Positions 8,524 to 18,395 of a DNA stretch of 64,000 bases are shown here, piece by piece. The notes below the pieces were generated by a model. That model saw only the letters and a program-made list of their open reading frames with translations. It had not been told where the DNA came from and searched no databases. The translations under genes were made by a program, and so were the position numbers. Each line of letters starts with the position of its first letter. The stretch's first letter is position 1. Where the stretch lies: positions 124,001-188,000 of IMG/VR virus record IMGVR_UViG_3300023202_000247, one strand, 5' to 3'.

Positions 8524-8554
8524 ATGATGGGCGCTAAGCGCCCATCATTCATGC
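8518..8554 (+). terminator. perfect 18-bp inverted repeat at the FtsK stop
   Basis: GCATGAATGATGGGCGCT-a-AGCGCCCATCATTCATGC; no U tract. Confidence 0.6.
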
Positions 8555-8563
8555 CTGACCTAA

Positions 8564-10039
8564 TTGTTACTAGAATATATGAATATAATAGAAAGAATAA
8601 ACTCAGAGCCGACAGAATTTTTAGATGAAGATGTTGTAGATGATACTGTGGATGAAATAGTAAACCACTATGATTCTACCTTGAGCAAAATGGCAACGTA
8701 CGCTTACTCTCCGAGGGAGATAGAGGCTAGCGTTGCACGCAATGCATTTAGAGAGATAGCTAGAGAGGAGCTGACAAAAGGCTTCAGGCGCTTCATGCTT
8801 AAGGCAGAGTATTGGAGGGACAAACGTGATATTGACCCCTACCTTCGCGTTTGTATAAGAAGCTTAGCGAACCGTCTCAAGAATGATAAAGAGTGCGCTG
8901 CGCGCTCCATTGTTCCGGTATGTCCGGCTTGCAGAATCTATGGCGAGCGTATCTTTCTCACCACTGATGGTAAAAATCTTCGCTGTACCAATTGTGAACA
9001 CAGACTAAATGAGATTGAAACATTAAATAATCTCGATACGCATCAAATACGCGCAATAGAAACAGAAAAATATTTGAGAAAAATCTTTGAAGTTCATAGC
9101 AAGTCTGGGCACAGATGTCCAGATTGTTCTCGATTCATTCCAGACAGTTACACGCGCCAATTTGGTGTGCGTTGTATATACGATGACTGCGCATGGTTTG
9201 GGTCTAAAGATGACATGGAGAGTATGAATCATCCGGTTGGTTTTTCAACAAGATACTTAATATCTTTAGATAAAGGGCCGACAGATGATTCGACAATTAC
9301 CATGTCGAATTTGATTGGCGATGACAAGCCATCAGCTTTTGACGAGCTTCGCTTTAAAGAAAAAATTCGCAATGACTACGCGCTCGTTGAAAGTGTAATA
9401 TCTGAACAAATTGAATCTATAAATAGAAATGGGGATCAAAAGAAAAACAAGTTAAAGTTATTTATGTATAAAGCATTTCAAAACATGTTGAATAAGTATC
9501 CTGACGATATGCTTTTGTATCTTGTGCATCGACGCCACAATAAAAGCTCAGATCCTATTCAGACGAGGTTGTTTCAAGAATTTGTCAAGTCATTGGAAAA
9601 TGCAATTCCTTTTACGCTAACTCGTAGCGGAGTTGATCGCGAAATTGAAACGTTGCTTGATCCAACTTTAAAGATATTTTTGGGTTGTAGTGAGTTTATA
9701 GCAACTGTTCAAGATGATGGTACGATACCAAACAATACTAAAGAAATTTACATAGGCGGTCGTAAGTCAACAAACTTTGGTCCTTGTTTCATAGGTTACT
9801 TGGTAGATGTAATCGATATAGATACGAATGAATCTTACTTATCAAAGGTTGAGTCTCATACATTTATTCAAGTAAATCTGCCAGAGGAACTGGCTGGTCG
9901 CAAAGTAAAGGTGATTCATTTCAGGATCCCGTCCCATTATGAGATGGGAGGATTAGTATATTTACAAAGAATACGTAAAAAGATAGTTGATAGCATCTTC
10001 TTTAGAAAAAATGGAAGAAGAAGAAAGGCTGGAGAATGA
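8564..10039 (+). CDS. zinc-ribbon protein, possibly a divergent sigma70-like factor
   Basis: sigma2-like segment, CxxC pairs, then the sigma3.2-like ISLDKGPTDDSTITMSNLIGDDKPSAFDEL. Confidence 0.45.
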   Translation: MLLEYMNIIERINSEPTEFLDEDVVDDTVDEIVNHYDSTLSKMATYAYSPREIEASVARNAFREIAREELTKGFRRFMLKAEYWRDKRDIDPYLRVCIRSLANRLKNDKECAARSIVPVCPACRIYGERIFLTTDGKNLRCTNCEHRLNEIETLNNLDTHQIRAIETEKYLRKIFEVHSKSGHRCPDCSRFIPDSYTRQFGVRCIYDDCAWFGSKDDMESMNHPVGFSTRYLISLDKGPTDDSTITMSNLIGDDKPSAFDELRFKEKIRNDYALVESVISEQIESINRNGDQKKNKLKLFMYKAFQNMLNKYPDDMLLYLVHRRHNKSSDPIQTRLFQEFVKSLENAIPFTLTRSGVDREIETLLDPTLKIFLGCSEFIATVQDDGTIPNNTKEIYIGGRKSTNFGPCFIGYLVDVIDIDTNESYLSKVESHTFIQVNLPEELAGRKVKVIHFRIPSHYEMGGLVYLQRIRKKIVDSIFFRKNGRRRKAGE

Positions 10040-10413
10040 ATAACAGAATAAAAAGAATAAGAGAGTCTGCTAAATTTTTACTTGATACTGGTCTTTTATT
10101 CGAGATAAATCGTCAGATATTGAACCCGTTGGGTCTTGCCTTGGAAGTTGATGTCATTACTGATAAAACAGGAGCTGTTGAAACTGTGTTTGGTAAGGTG
10201 TGGGACTACCGTGATGACCCCGAGGGTATTTTGATGCCAGATGAAAACTATCAAACTGGTTTACAAAAGTTTACAACATTTATGTCTGATGAAGGAAATG
10301 CAATTTTAGAAAGGCGCAAAGCAAACCTTGGATTCATCACTCAGCCGCCTCCAGATGAAAAAGACGATAATGAGGAGATAGAGGAGTCAGATGAAAAAGA
10401 TTCTAATTTATGA
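10036..10413 (+). CDS. hypothetical phage protein
   Basis: GLLFEINRQILNPLGLAL...WDYRDDPEG; ATGA overlap. Confidence 0.65.
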   Translation: MNNRIKRIRESAKFLLDTGLLFEINRQILNPLGLALEVDVITDKTGAVETVFGKVWDYRDDPEGILMPDENYQTGLQKFTTFMSDEGNAILERRKANLGFITQPPPDEKDDNEEIEESDEKDSNL

Positions 10414-10677
10414 ATCTCATGTGCTCCAGCAAAACAAAGTTAAGACGTTGAATGTTACTTGCATTTTGGAGCCAAGCGTACTAGATCGTATTTGCGCGCT
10501 TTTCCGCAGCGAGCCTCAACCCTCGATACGGGAAGAGGACCAAATGTATATATACGACCAACAATGGTTTGGTCCCAATAGTTCATCAACAATGTGTGAT
10601 GAAGATACATCAGCTATTTTAAATCAGTTTTTGGCTAAAAGCTCGACAGAAACCGGTACTAAGCTCATAGGTATATT

Positions 10678-11868
10678 ATGAACTTTGATTTAGACAAACA
10701 TACAGTATACCTTACTGTTTATGGTTCACAAGCTTATGGCTTTGCCCGACCGGATTCTGACTGGGATTATCGTGGCATTGCTATTGCTCCATTAAAAACT
10801 TACATCGGAGTTCAATCTCCGTTCGAACAGGCGGTAGATGGGCACAAGGGGAATCATGTATACAAACATTTTCCCCCTGGTATGTTCAATGATGATCCAA
10901 GAGTAACACAGGGAGCAGTTGGTCCGGATATGCAAATCATGGATATCCGGAAGTTTGTTAAACTTGCAATTGATAATAACCCAGCAGTTTTAGAAATTCT
11001 ATTTACGGATCCCAAACATCATATTCGTAAACACTCTGTAATTGAACCTCTCATTGAAAATCGTCATTTGTTCTTGGCAAAGTCTGCCAAGTATAGGTTT
11101 TCAGGGTACGCTCTTTCACAGTTAAAGAGAATTAGAAAACATAGACGTTGGATTGAAAATCCACCCGATCATCAACCAACACGTACCGAGTTTGGTTTGC
11201 CCGAACATAAACTTCTTCAAGGAGATCAAATCGGTGCAGCAGAGAACGTCATCAATAATGAAGTCAATCAATTTATGATTGATCAGACACATTTGTCTGA
11301 AGATACGAAAATCGCATTGCGTCAGGGTGTGTCACGAATGGTGCGTGCTGTTTGGCTGGCAATCAATGACGATAAAGAATTTCCAATTGGACATGATAAA
11401 AAGTTTCAAAACACTGATGAAGCTTTGTTCTTTGGTGCGGCCAAGAACCAAGGTATCAGTGAAAACTTTATGGAGATTCTAAAGAAAGAACGTGACTACA
11501 AACGTGCCAAACAGGAGTGGAATAGTTATCAACGCTGGTTAAAAGAGCGCAATCCTAAACGTGCGGAATTAGAGAAAAAATTCGGATTTGACACTAAGCA
11601 TGCTACACATTTGTTCAGGCTTTTAAGGATGTGTAGAGAAATTCTCGAGACGGGTGAAGTTATCGTAGAGCGTCCGGATGCAAAAGAATTACTCGAAATT
11701 CGTGATGGCAAAATGTCATACGATGAAATCGTAGAGTTTGCTGAGAAAGAAGATGCAGAACTTGATGAGCTGATGCGTAAAAGTTCTTTACCAAGGGTAC
11801 CACCAATCAATAAGATTGATGATATTGTTTCTTCCATAATAATGGAATTCACACTATTTGAAAGATAG
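10678..11868 (+). CDS. Pol-beta superfamily nucleotidyltransferase (RlaP/YcgL-like)
   Basis: YGSQAYGFARPDSDWDYRG, NNPAVLEILF, FDTKHATHLFRLL, LLEIRDG. Confidence 0.85.
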   Translation: MNFDLDKHTVYLTVYGSQAYGFARPDSDWDYRGIAIAPLKTYIGVQSPFEQAVDGHKGNHVYKHFPPGMFNDDPRVTQGAVGPDMQIMDIRKFVKLAIDNNPAVLEILFTDPKHHIRKHSVIEPLIENRHLFLAKSAKYRFSGYALSQLKRIRKHRRWIENPPDHQPTRTEFGLPEHKLLQGDQIGAAENVINNEVNQFMIDQTHLSEDTKIALRQGVSRMVRAVWLAINDDKEFPIGHDKKFQNTDEALFFGAAKNQGISENFMEILKKERDYKRAKQEWNSYQRWLKERNPKRAELEKKFGFDTKHATHLFRLLRMCREILETGEVIVERPDAKELLEIRDGKMSYDEIVEFAEKEDAELDELMRKSSLPRVPPINKIDDIVSSIIMEFTLFER

Positions 11869-11870
11869 AG

Positions 11871-13166
11871 ATGAACAACAAAAAAGTAGAAAAGATGGCT
11901 GAACAAGCGGTTAAATCCATTAGTAATGATATGGGTGGTGTTTTTCGAGATGCTCTCGAAAAACTTCGCAATGCAGATTTTGATGGGGCTGCTCAAGCAA
12001 TGGCGACTAACATAAATTGGTATGGACGTATCGATGCAAAATTAAATTTGCCCAGTTCATATAACTTTGATGAATTTTTTACAAATGCTATACTATATGC
12101 TGGAGTTAATAGTAACAAAAAAGTTAAATCAATAACTTTCCTAACAGATAAGTTTGTAAAAAAGAATGAAGAGTCAGATGAAGATGCTTGTTATAGAATT
12201 TATGATGAGATACATAAATACTTAATAGCAAACAATGTAAAGCTTTTATATGAGCCCGAAGAGTCAGATTCTCAATGTGCTCATAAAACGGGAATGTACT
12301 TTGGAATAAATTCTTTTGCGGTGTTGAAAAATTGGCAAACATCAAACAATGATTTCAAAATAAGGATGTCATTAGTCTCTTTTGATGAAGAGATTTATAA
12401 AACCTTAAAAGATTTTTGTAAAGGAAGGCTTTTGGAAGAAGATAAAAAATCAAATCTGTATCTTGTTACAGAGGATGATGGAAGTCTTCAGCTTCAAACG
12501 TGTGGAAGACCTGGCGTTAAATTGGAGCGTGAAAACTACGATGAAAAGGTTTTGAAAAATTATGACCTTGTTGTAGAACAGCTGTCAAAAGAAGATCCAT
12601 TTGGCCGGCTTGCTATTTTTCGTGGAGTTCCCGGAACTGGCAAGACATACATGATTCGGTCTCTCATTAATGATGTTGTATTGGAAGATTGTAAATGGGT
12701 TTTTGTTCCGCCCGATCTATTGTCTTTTTCAACAACAAAGCTGACAAAATTGTTCATTGATCATGCAAATGAACATGAAAAGCTCATTATCATCATTGAA
12801 GATGCCGATGATTGTCTCTTAACTAGAGATGAAAAGTTTCGTAGTAGTACTACTAACATATCGAAAATACTGAACATTGCTGATGGAATGATTGGTCAAT
12901 TGCTTGATTTGAGAGTCATTGCTACTACAAATGGAAAGGATGTTGAAATTGACCCAGCTTTGAAACGCTCTGGTAGACTCATCAGTATGGTAGATGTTGA
13001 AATGATATCAGTTAAACAAGCTGCTAAGATATATAAGAGATTGACCGGAGAAGATAGAGAATTCGGTGGTAAGAATATGCAAAGCATCATTCTTGCCGAT
13101 GTTTATGCAGCAGCAGATGTACATAGGAGAAATATTGAGCAAGTGGAGGCCAGCGCCGAAAAGTAA
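11871..13166 (+). CDS. AAA+ ATPase
   Basis: GVPGTGKT, IIIIEDAD, ATTN, DPALKRSGR. Confidence 0.85.
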   Translation: MNNKKVEKMAEQAVKSISNDMGGVFRDALEKLRNADFDGAAQAMATNINWYGRIDAKLNLPSSYNFDEFFTNAILYAGVNSNKKVKSITFLTDKFVKKNEESDEDACYRIYDEIHKYLIANNVKLLYEPEESDSQCAHKTGMYFGINSFAVLKNWQTSNNDFKIRMSLVSFDEEIYKTLKDFCKGRLLEEDKKSNLYLVTEDDGSLQLQTCGRPGVKLERENYDEKVLKNYDLVVEQLSKEDPFGRLAIFRGVPGTGKTYMIRSLINDVVLEDCKWVFVPPDLLSFSTTKLTKLFIDHANEHEKLIIIIEDADDCLLTRDEKFRSSTTNISKILNIADGMIGQLLDLRVIATTNGKDVEIDPALKRSGRLISMVDVEMISVKQAAKIYKRLTGEDREFGGKNMQSIILADVYAAADVHRRNIEQVEASAEK

Positions 13167-13920
13167 TGTTTATGTAATTGGAGATGTGCACGGGCGTTAT
13201 GATCAGCTCGTGCGCATATTCAATCGCATTTTTCCACTTAGAAAAACAGATGGGTTTTACGATAGACTCATCATGCTTGGTGATTATGTAGATAGACACG
13301 TAGATAGCCACAAGGTTATGGACCTTTTGATAAAGGTCAAAAAGAAATACGGTGATCAGATTATATTACTTCGTGGAAATCACGAGGTAATGTTTTTACA
13401 AGGAATCATTCCTGTAAATGATTCTTCAGTTTATCGCATGTGGATGAACAATGGAGGGGATACAACACTCATTGGTTACTTGAACCGGGCAGGCTTGGAA
13501 ATGGAAAGTCCTTTTATTTTTCCAAGGTCTAGTATTCCTCGTATCGTTCCAAAGGAACATCTCAACTTTATTTGTGATGATCTGATTGACTGTTATCTTT
13601 TAGATGATTGGATATTTGCTCACGGAGGGTATGATCCGAATAAAGAGCCCGAAGAGCAAGACAATGAAGAATTACATTGGGGAAATCATATTTTCTCCCA
13701 CGCAAGAATGTATAAGAAAAACAAACGAACACCTCCTTGGGAGAAAACTATTGTTATGGGTCATTACTGGAAAGGTCCGTTTGTTAGCGAAAAGCTTCTC
13801 ATGTTGGATGTATCATCCGATAAAAACATCATGGTTGCTGAGTTACATTCTATGGAAGCGTTTCTTTCAAAGCCAAATAAATCTAGAATGTTCAAGGTTG
13901 ATCTTAATAAAGTTCCATGA
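13135..13920 (+). CDS. Ser/Thr protein phosphatase (lambda NinI-like metallophosphoesterase)
   Basis: IGDVHG, LGDYVDR, LRGNHE, FAHGG, GH; TTG start after AGGAGA assumed (ORF extends to 13066). Confidence 0.88.
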   Translation: MSKWRPAPKSNVYVIGDVHGRYDQLVRIFNRIFPLRKTDGFYDRLIMLGDYVDRHVDSHKVMDLLIKVKKKYGDQIILLRGNHEVMFLQGIIPVNDSSVYRMWMNNGGDTTLIGYLNRAGLEMESPFIFPRSSIPRIVPKEHLNFICDDLIDCYLLDDWIFAHGGYDPNKEPEEQDNEELHWGNHIFSHARMYKKNKRTPPWEKTIVMGHYWKGPFVSEKLLMLDVSSDKNIMVAELHSMEAFLSKPNKSRMFKVDLNKVP

Positions 13921-14320
13921 TGTTCTGACGCATTTGATGTGTTATTGTTGGAAATGTATCAGCTAGTTCTTCATACAATGGCCATTTACGATACAACATA
14001 ATATGGCATTTGTAATATGAAGACTGTGCGATAGCATCATAATATTCATTGCACGCTCCGGATAAATGCTCCGGATATAAAACCTTGGCGAATAATAACC
14101 AATCGCCAAGGTTTTTGTATCTTTCAAAATCGTAATCTTCTTTAGCCTGAGCAAAAATTAAAGTGACGCTTTCGCCAAGATAATTATCTTTAGCAAATAG
14201 ATTATCATAAAAAATACTTTTTATATATGCAATTGTTTCTTGTTTGGAAACATTTATGTCATCTACAATTTCATCTATGCATAGTTCAAACTCATTGAAA
14301 TTTGATATAAGCATACACAT
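13904..14320 (-). CDS. hypothetical helical protein; the only convincing minus-strand gene
   Basis: fills a gap in + strand coding; LGDWLLF...YYDAIAQSSY...LYEELADTF. Confidence 0.6.
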   Translation of the reverse strand: MCMLISNFNEFELCIDEIVDDINVSKQETIAYIKSIFYDNLFAKDNYLGESVTLIFAQAKEDYDFERYKNLGDWLLFAKVLYPEHLSGACNEYYDAIAQSSYYKCHIMLYRKWPLYEELADTFPTITHQMRQNIMELY

Positions 14321-14525
14321 ATGCGGATAAATTCACATATGTGCATGAAACCGTTGGAAAAGTTAGCATTACAACTCCTCAATGAAGTTGCAGATGATTG
14401 TGAAAACAAATTGTTCGAATCAACTAAAAATAGTAAACTTTTAGATGAGACGAGTAAAAAAGTGTCGACCATTATAGTAAACATAGTCGAGGAGCAGCAG
14501 AGTCATATCTAATGATGTGAGGTCT

Positions 14526-16682
14526 ATGCAATCAAAATTAGTAATAGTTGAGTCACCTGCCAAGGCAAAAACGATTGCCAAATATCTTGGTAAAGATTAT
14601 ATAGTTGAATCTACCATTGGGCACATAGCTGATCTATCTACAGGTGGAGTAAACAGACTCGGTGTAGATATCAAAAATGGTTTTACTCCCAAGTATCAAA
14701 TTCTAAAAGATAAGAAAGATCGTGTTGCGGCAATAGTTGATGCTGCTAAACGTAGTAGCAAAGTATATATAGCATCTGACCCTGACAGAGAGGGTGAAGC
14801 TATTGCATGGCATGTTTTGAATGCGATCAAAAATGCTAACAAATCAGTGAAGCGTGTAGAGTTTCAGGAGATTACACCAGCTGCCGTCAAAAAAGGAATC
14901 TCAAACCCACGAGACTTGGATAAAGCATTGTTTGATGCACAACAGGCTCGGCGCGTTTTGGATAGACTCGTAGGCTTTATGGTATCTCCATATTTATGGG
15001 ATGCCTTTGGTCCTGGTCTCAGCGCTGGACGTGTTCAGTCTGTTTGTTTGCGTCTCATCGTTGATAGAGAAATTGAGATAGAAAATTTCAAACCAGATAC
15101 ATACTGGGAAATTTCAGCAACTCTAGAAAAGAATAAAGAAAAATTTGTTGCCAAATACCCAACTAGAATAAAAGATAAAAAGAAATCGGATAACATAAAA
15201 AATGATTTAGATAACAGTACTTTTAAAGTTATCGATGTAAAAAAGAAACCAAAAAAGGTAAATCCATTTCCTCCATTTACCACGTCCAAGTTACAGCAGC
15301 TGGCAAGTAGTAAGTTCAAGTTCAGTGCAAAGAAAACATTGAGTGTTGCTCAGAGCTTGTATGAAGGTGGTCATGTTACCTATATAAGAACAGATTCGAT
15401 TCGTAATAGTCCAGAATCAATTGCTGCTGCTAGGAAATGGTTGAAAGAAAATAAGTTCGAATATCCCAAATCAGCTAATGCTTATAAAGTAAAGGGAGGT
15501 GCGCAGGATGCGCACGAAGCAATTAGACCAACTAGTGTTGAACAAACACCAGAGAACTTCACTGGAACTGCTGACCAAAAAAAGATTTATCAATTGATAT
15601 GGCAAAGATTCGTTGCAAGTCAAATGCCTCCAGCCGAGTATGATACCGTTGCTGTGGTAGTGCAGTCATCAAAAGGTAATCACAAGCTCAAAGCAAACGG
15701 TCAAACATTAAAAAAACCTGGATGGCTCGAAATATCACCAGATGGCGCTTCGAAAAAGGACGTGAAGCTGCCCAATCTAGATGTGGGCGATGAGGTAAAG
15801 CTCACGCCACCCAAGGTTAAAAATGAAAAGAAAGAGACAAAGCCGCCGCCTCGTTATACCGATGCAACGATGGTTCGAGAACTCGAGACTAAAGGAATAG
15901 GCCGTCCATCAACATTTGCCGCTATTTTATCCAAGATTGCAGATCGTAATTATGTGGAAAAGGAAAACAATCACTATATTCCTACAAAAACCGGACGTCA
16001 AATTATCTTAGATTTAACCAAACATTTTTCATTCATGAATTATGATTACACGAAAAATATGGAGGATCAACTTGATAAGATAGGTGAAGGTAAGCTCGAA
16101 TATATTGAAATGATGAATGGTTTCTTTGCTTCATTTGAAGATGAATTACGTAAAGCTCATTTGTCACAATATAAAGATGGTCAAAGTGATTGTGCCAAAT
16201 GTGGTGGAAGAACCATATTAAAATATGGTAAGTATGGATATTATATTGCTTGTATAGATCGTGATTGTAATCATACACAAAGTGTTGAACTTGATGGAGA
16301 TACTATAAAGTATAAACAGTTCAATAAGATTGTTGATGGTATCGAATGTCCCAAGTGCGGAAGCACGATGGCTTATCGTGATGGAAAGTTCGGTCCATTT
16401 TATGCTTGCACAGTTTTTAGTTGTAAAGGTACTAGAAAAGTTCCTTTTGGAAAACAATGCAAACTGTGTGGGAACGAGTTATATTTAATAGTATTCAAAG
16501 CTGGAACTCCAGAATCAAATATGAAGTTAGCTTGCATGGGATATCCAAACTGTAAAAATGTCGAGGATGTTCCGGATGATGCTGAAATAAATTGGGTTGA
16601 CCCAGCAAAAATCAATCCGAAACATAATAAACAAGCAAAAAAGATATTAAAAAATGGGAAGCGAAGAAATAGATCCAAGTAA
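14526..16682 (+). CDS. topA: DNA topoisomerase IA with C-terminal zinc ribbons
   Basis: LVIVESPAKAKTI, ASDPDREGEAI, SAGRVQS, TYIRTDS (catalytic Tyr), AQDAHEAIRPT, GIGRPST. Confidence 0.95.
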   Translation: MQSKLVIVESPAKAKTIAKYLGKDYIVESTIGHIADLSTGGVNRLGVDIKNGFTPKYQILKDKKDRVAAIVDAAKRSSKVYIASDPDREGEAIAWHVLNAIKNANKSVKRVEFQEITPAAVKKGISNPRDLDKALFDAQQARRVLDRLVGFMVSPYLWDAFGPGLSAGRVQSVCLRLIVDREIEIENFKPDTYWEISATLEKNKEKFVAKYPTRIKDKKKSDNIKNDLDNSTFKVIDVKKKPKKVNPFPPFTTSKLQQLASSKFKFSAKKTLSVAQSLYEGGHVTYIRTDSIRNSPESIAAARKWLKENKFEYPKSANAYKVKGGAQDAHEAIRPTSVEQTPENFTGTADQKKIYQLIWQRFVASQMPPAEYDTVAVVVQSSKGNHKLKANGQTLKKPGWLEISPDGASKKDVKLPNLDVGDEVKLTPPKVKNEKKETKPPPRYTDATMVRELETKGIGRPSTFAAILSKIADRNYVEKENNHYIPTKTGRQIILDLTKHFSFMNYDYTKNMEDQLDKIGEGKLEYIEMMNGFFASFEDELRKAHLSQYKDGQSDCAKCGGRTILKYGKYGYYIACIDRDCNHTQSVELDGDTIKYKQFNKIVDGIECPKCGSTMAYRDGKFGPFYACTVFSCKGTRKVPFGKQCKLCGNELYLIVFKAGTPESNMKLACMGYPNCKNVEDVPDDAEINWVDPAKINPKHNKQAKKILKNGKRRNRSK

Positions 16683-16944
16683 AAATACAGATGAAGCTAG
16701 GCAAAGAGCAGTTAAATATCTAAAAAATTATCTTGATGAAATAGATGAGTGTAAAAAGTTAGAAGACTTTTTCATATTAGTTTTATCCGTGATGATTTAT
16801 TCCGAGTTGGTCCAAGCCCATTTCATAGATAGCATGGATGATAATGGCCAAGAACAATTGGCTTCTTTGAAAGATATGGCTGACCAAATCAAAAATGATG
16901 TTGTTGCTGGTTATCATAAGCAGGTAAATCAAAAACTTAATTGA
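16654..16944 (+). CDS. hypothetical protein
   Basis: 96-aa ORF in operon. Confidence 0.55.
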   Translation: MGSEEIDPSKNTDEARQRAVKYLKNYLDEIDECKKLEDFFILVLSVMIYSELVQAHFIDSMDDNGQEQLASLKDMADQIKNDVVAGYHKQVNQKLN

Positions 16945-17234
16945 AAGATTCACACATGAAGAAGTTTAAAAGTATCAAGCCGGAAACTGTTACTGTAAAG
17001 TTTGTTCCTTTAGAGGTAGAAGTTGATGGTGATCTTGAGAAGGCGTTGAGAAAATTCAAGATTTTATTTCAACGTGATCGAGTAATTGGACAGTTAAAAG
17101 AGCGCAGGTTTTATGAAAAACCATCGGAAAAGAAGCGGCGCAAGCGTAGAGAAGCGTATGGTCGTAGATTAAAAGATGAAATGATGCGTTCTGGAGAATG
17201 GGATAGGACTAGAAATAGAGAAGAAGATGACTGA
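16941..17234 (+). CDS. rpsU: ribosomal protein bS21
   Basis: DLEKALRKFK...LKERRFYEKPSEKKRRKRREA. Confidence 0.9.
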   Translation: MKDSHMKKFKSIKPETVTVKFVPLEVEVDGDLEKALRKFKILFQRDRVIGQLKERRFYEKPSEKKRRKRREAYGRRLKDEMMRSGEWDRTRNREEDD

Positions 17235-18126
17235 GCGATCAGCTGTTATACCAGAACATTTGTTGGTGCCGTATGAGCCAGAACATGCGCGGCTCGATAG
17301 GCCGCCGAAGCCGCCATCGCCAAGACAAATGACTCAACTCAAAGTTGCTTTGGAAGATCGTGGACAACAAACTGTACGTCCCGAACAGCAACCCATTGAT
17401 GATAAACCGGTTCCAATAAAAGCTGGATATGGAAATATCCAGCAGGTGAAAAAACAATTTCCAATTTCTAGAAGGAATAATATGAGTAAGTTACCAGTTC
17501 ACGTAGGCATACATGAAGATTTGGAATGGTCTACAAATAATAGCTTTGAAAATAATGATGAAGTAAATATAGATGTTGATCCTTTAAGTATTGGAGAGTT
17601 TGGTGTTGATGGAGACAGTGTAGCTAAAAACTCATCAGAGGATATGAGTACAGAGGTTAATAACTATATCGGTGCTACCGTATCAGATGCAAAAATGAAA
17701 ATTGCATCTGCACGAACTAATGCTGAACTAAATGATATTGCGAGCGACACTTTATCTAAGATAAAAAAATTGATGTCGATGGTTGACAATGATGTAAAAG
17801 ATCATTTTAATGGATGGGATGTTAAAGTTAAAAATGCATTGAGACAGGCCGCAGCTGAAAGAGTTGCAGCTGTCAAGGGGCAAAAACAAGAAGACCAAAG
17901 TGATCGCGCTCCGATGAAAACAGCTACGGAAGAGCAGTCATATGTTCGTCCAGGACAGTATTGTGTAATTTTTAAAGGTCAAACGCAAGCTGTCACATCT
18001 GATTTTAAAAGCATTACGGAATTCTTAGAAGAATTTTTGAGAAAGAATCCAAATGTAAAACTTTCCGATATCTCCGTTTACAAGAGATTAAACTTGGGTT
18101 TTGGTGTTTATGACAGAAGCAAATAA
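17227..18126 (+). CDS. hypothetical protein
   Basis: 299-aa ORF. Confidence 0.6.
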   Translation: MTERSAVIPEHLLVPYEPEHARLDRPPKPPSPRQMTQLKVALEDRGQQTVRPEQQPIDDKPVPIKAGYGNIQQVKKQFPISRRNNMSKLPVHVGIHEDLEWSTNNSFENNDEVNIDVDPLSIGEFGVDGDSVAKNSSEDMSTEVNNYIGATVSDAKMKIASARTNAELNDIASDTLSKIKKLMSMVDNDVKDHFNGWDVKVKNALRQAAAERVAAVKGQKQEDQSDRAPMKTATEEQSYVRPGQYCVIFKGQTQAVTSDFKSITEFLEEFLRKNPNVKLSDISVYKRLNLGFGVYDRSK

Positions 18127-18395
18127 AAATGTATCAATACTTCAAATCATCCCTGCTGTTAATTGGTTTGCTATATACGAACATAATGCCGCCGTGGATG
18201 CCAATCGTGCTGTACCCATTTTGTGCTGGGCTTTGGTAGACGACGGCAATAGTAAAACAAAGATTGTTGGAATGGTTAATAAAGAGGACTCTTCAGAAAT
18301 TGTTGATGCATCAACGCTTCCAAACTTCGAAGCATATGAGTTGATGGAAGACCGCATGGAAGAGTTTGTAGATTTAAAAACTATGAACTAAACTA

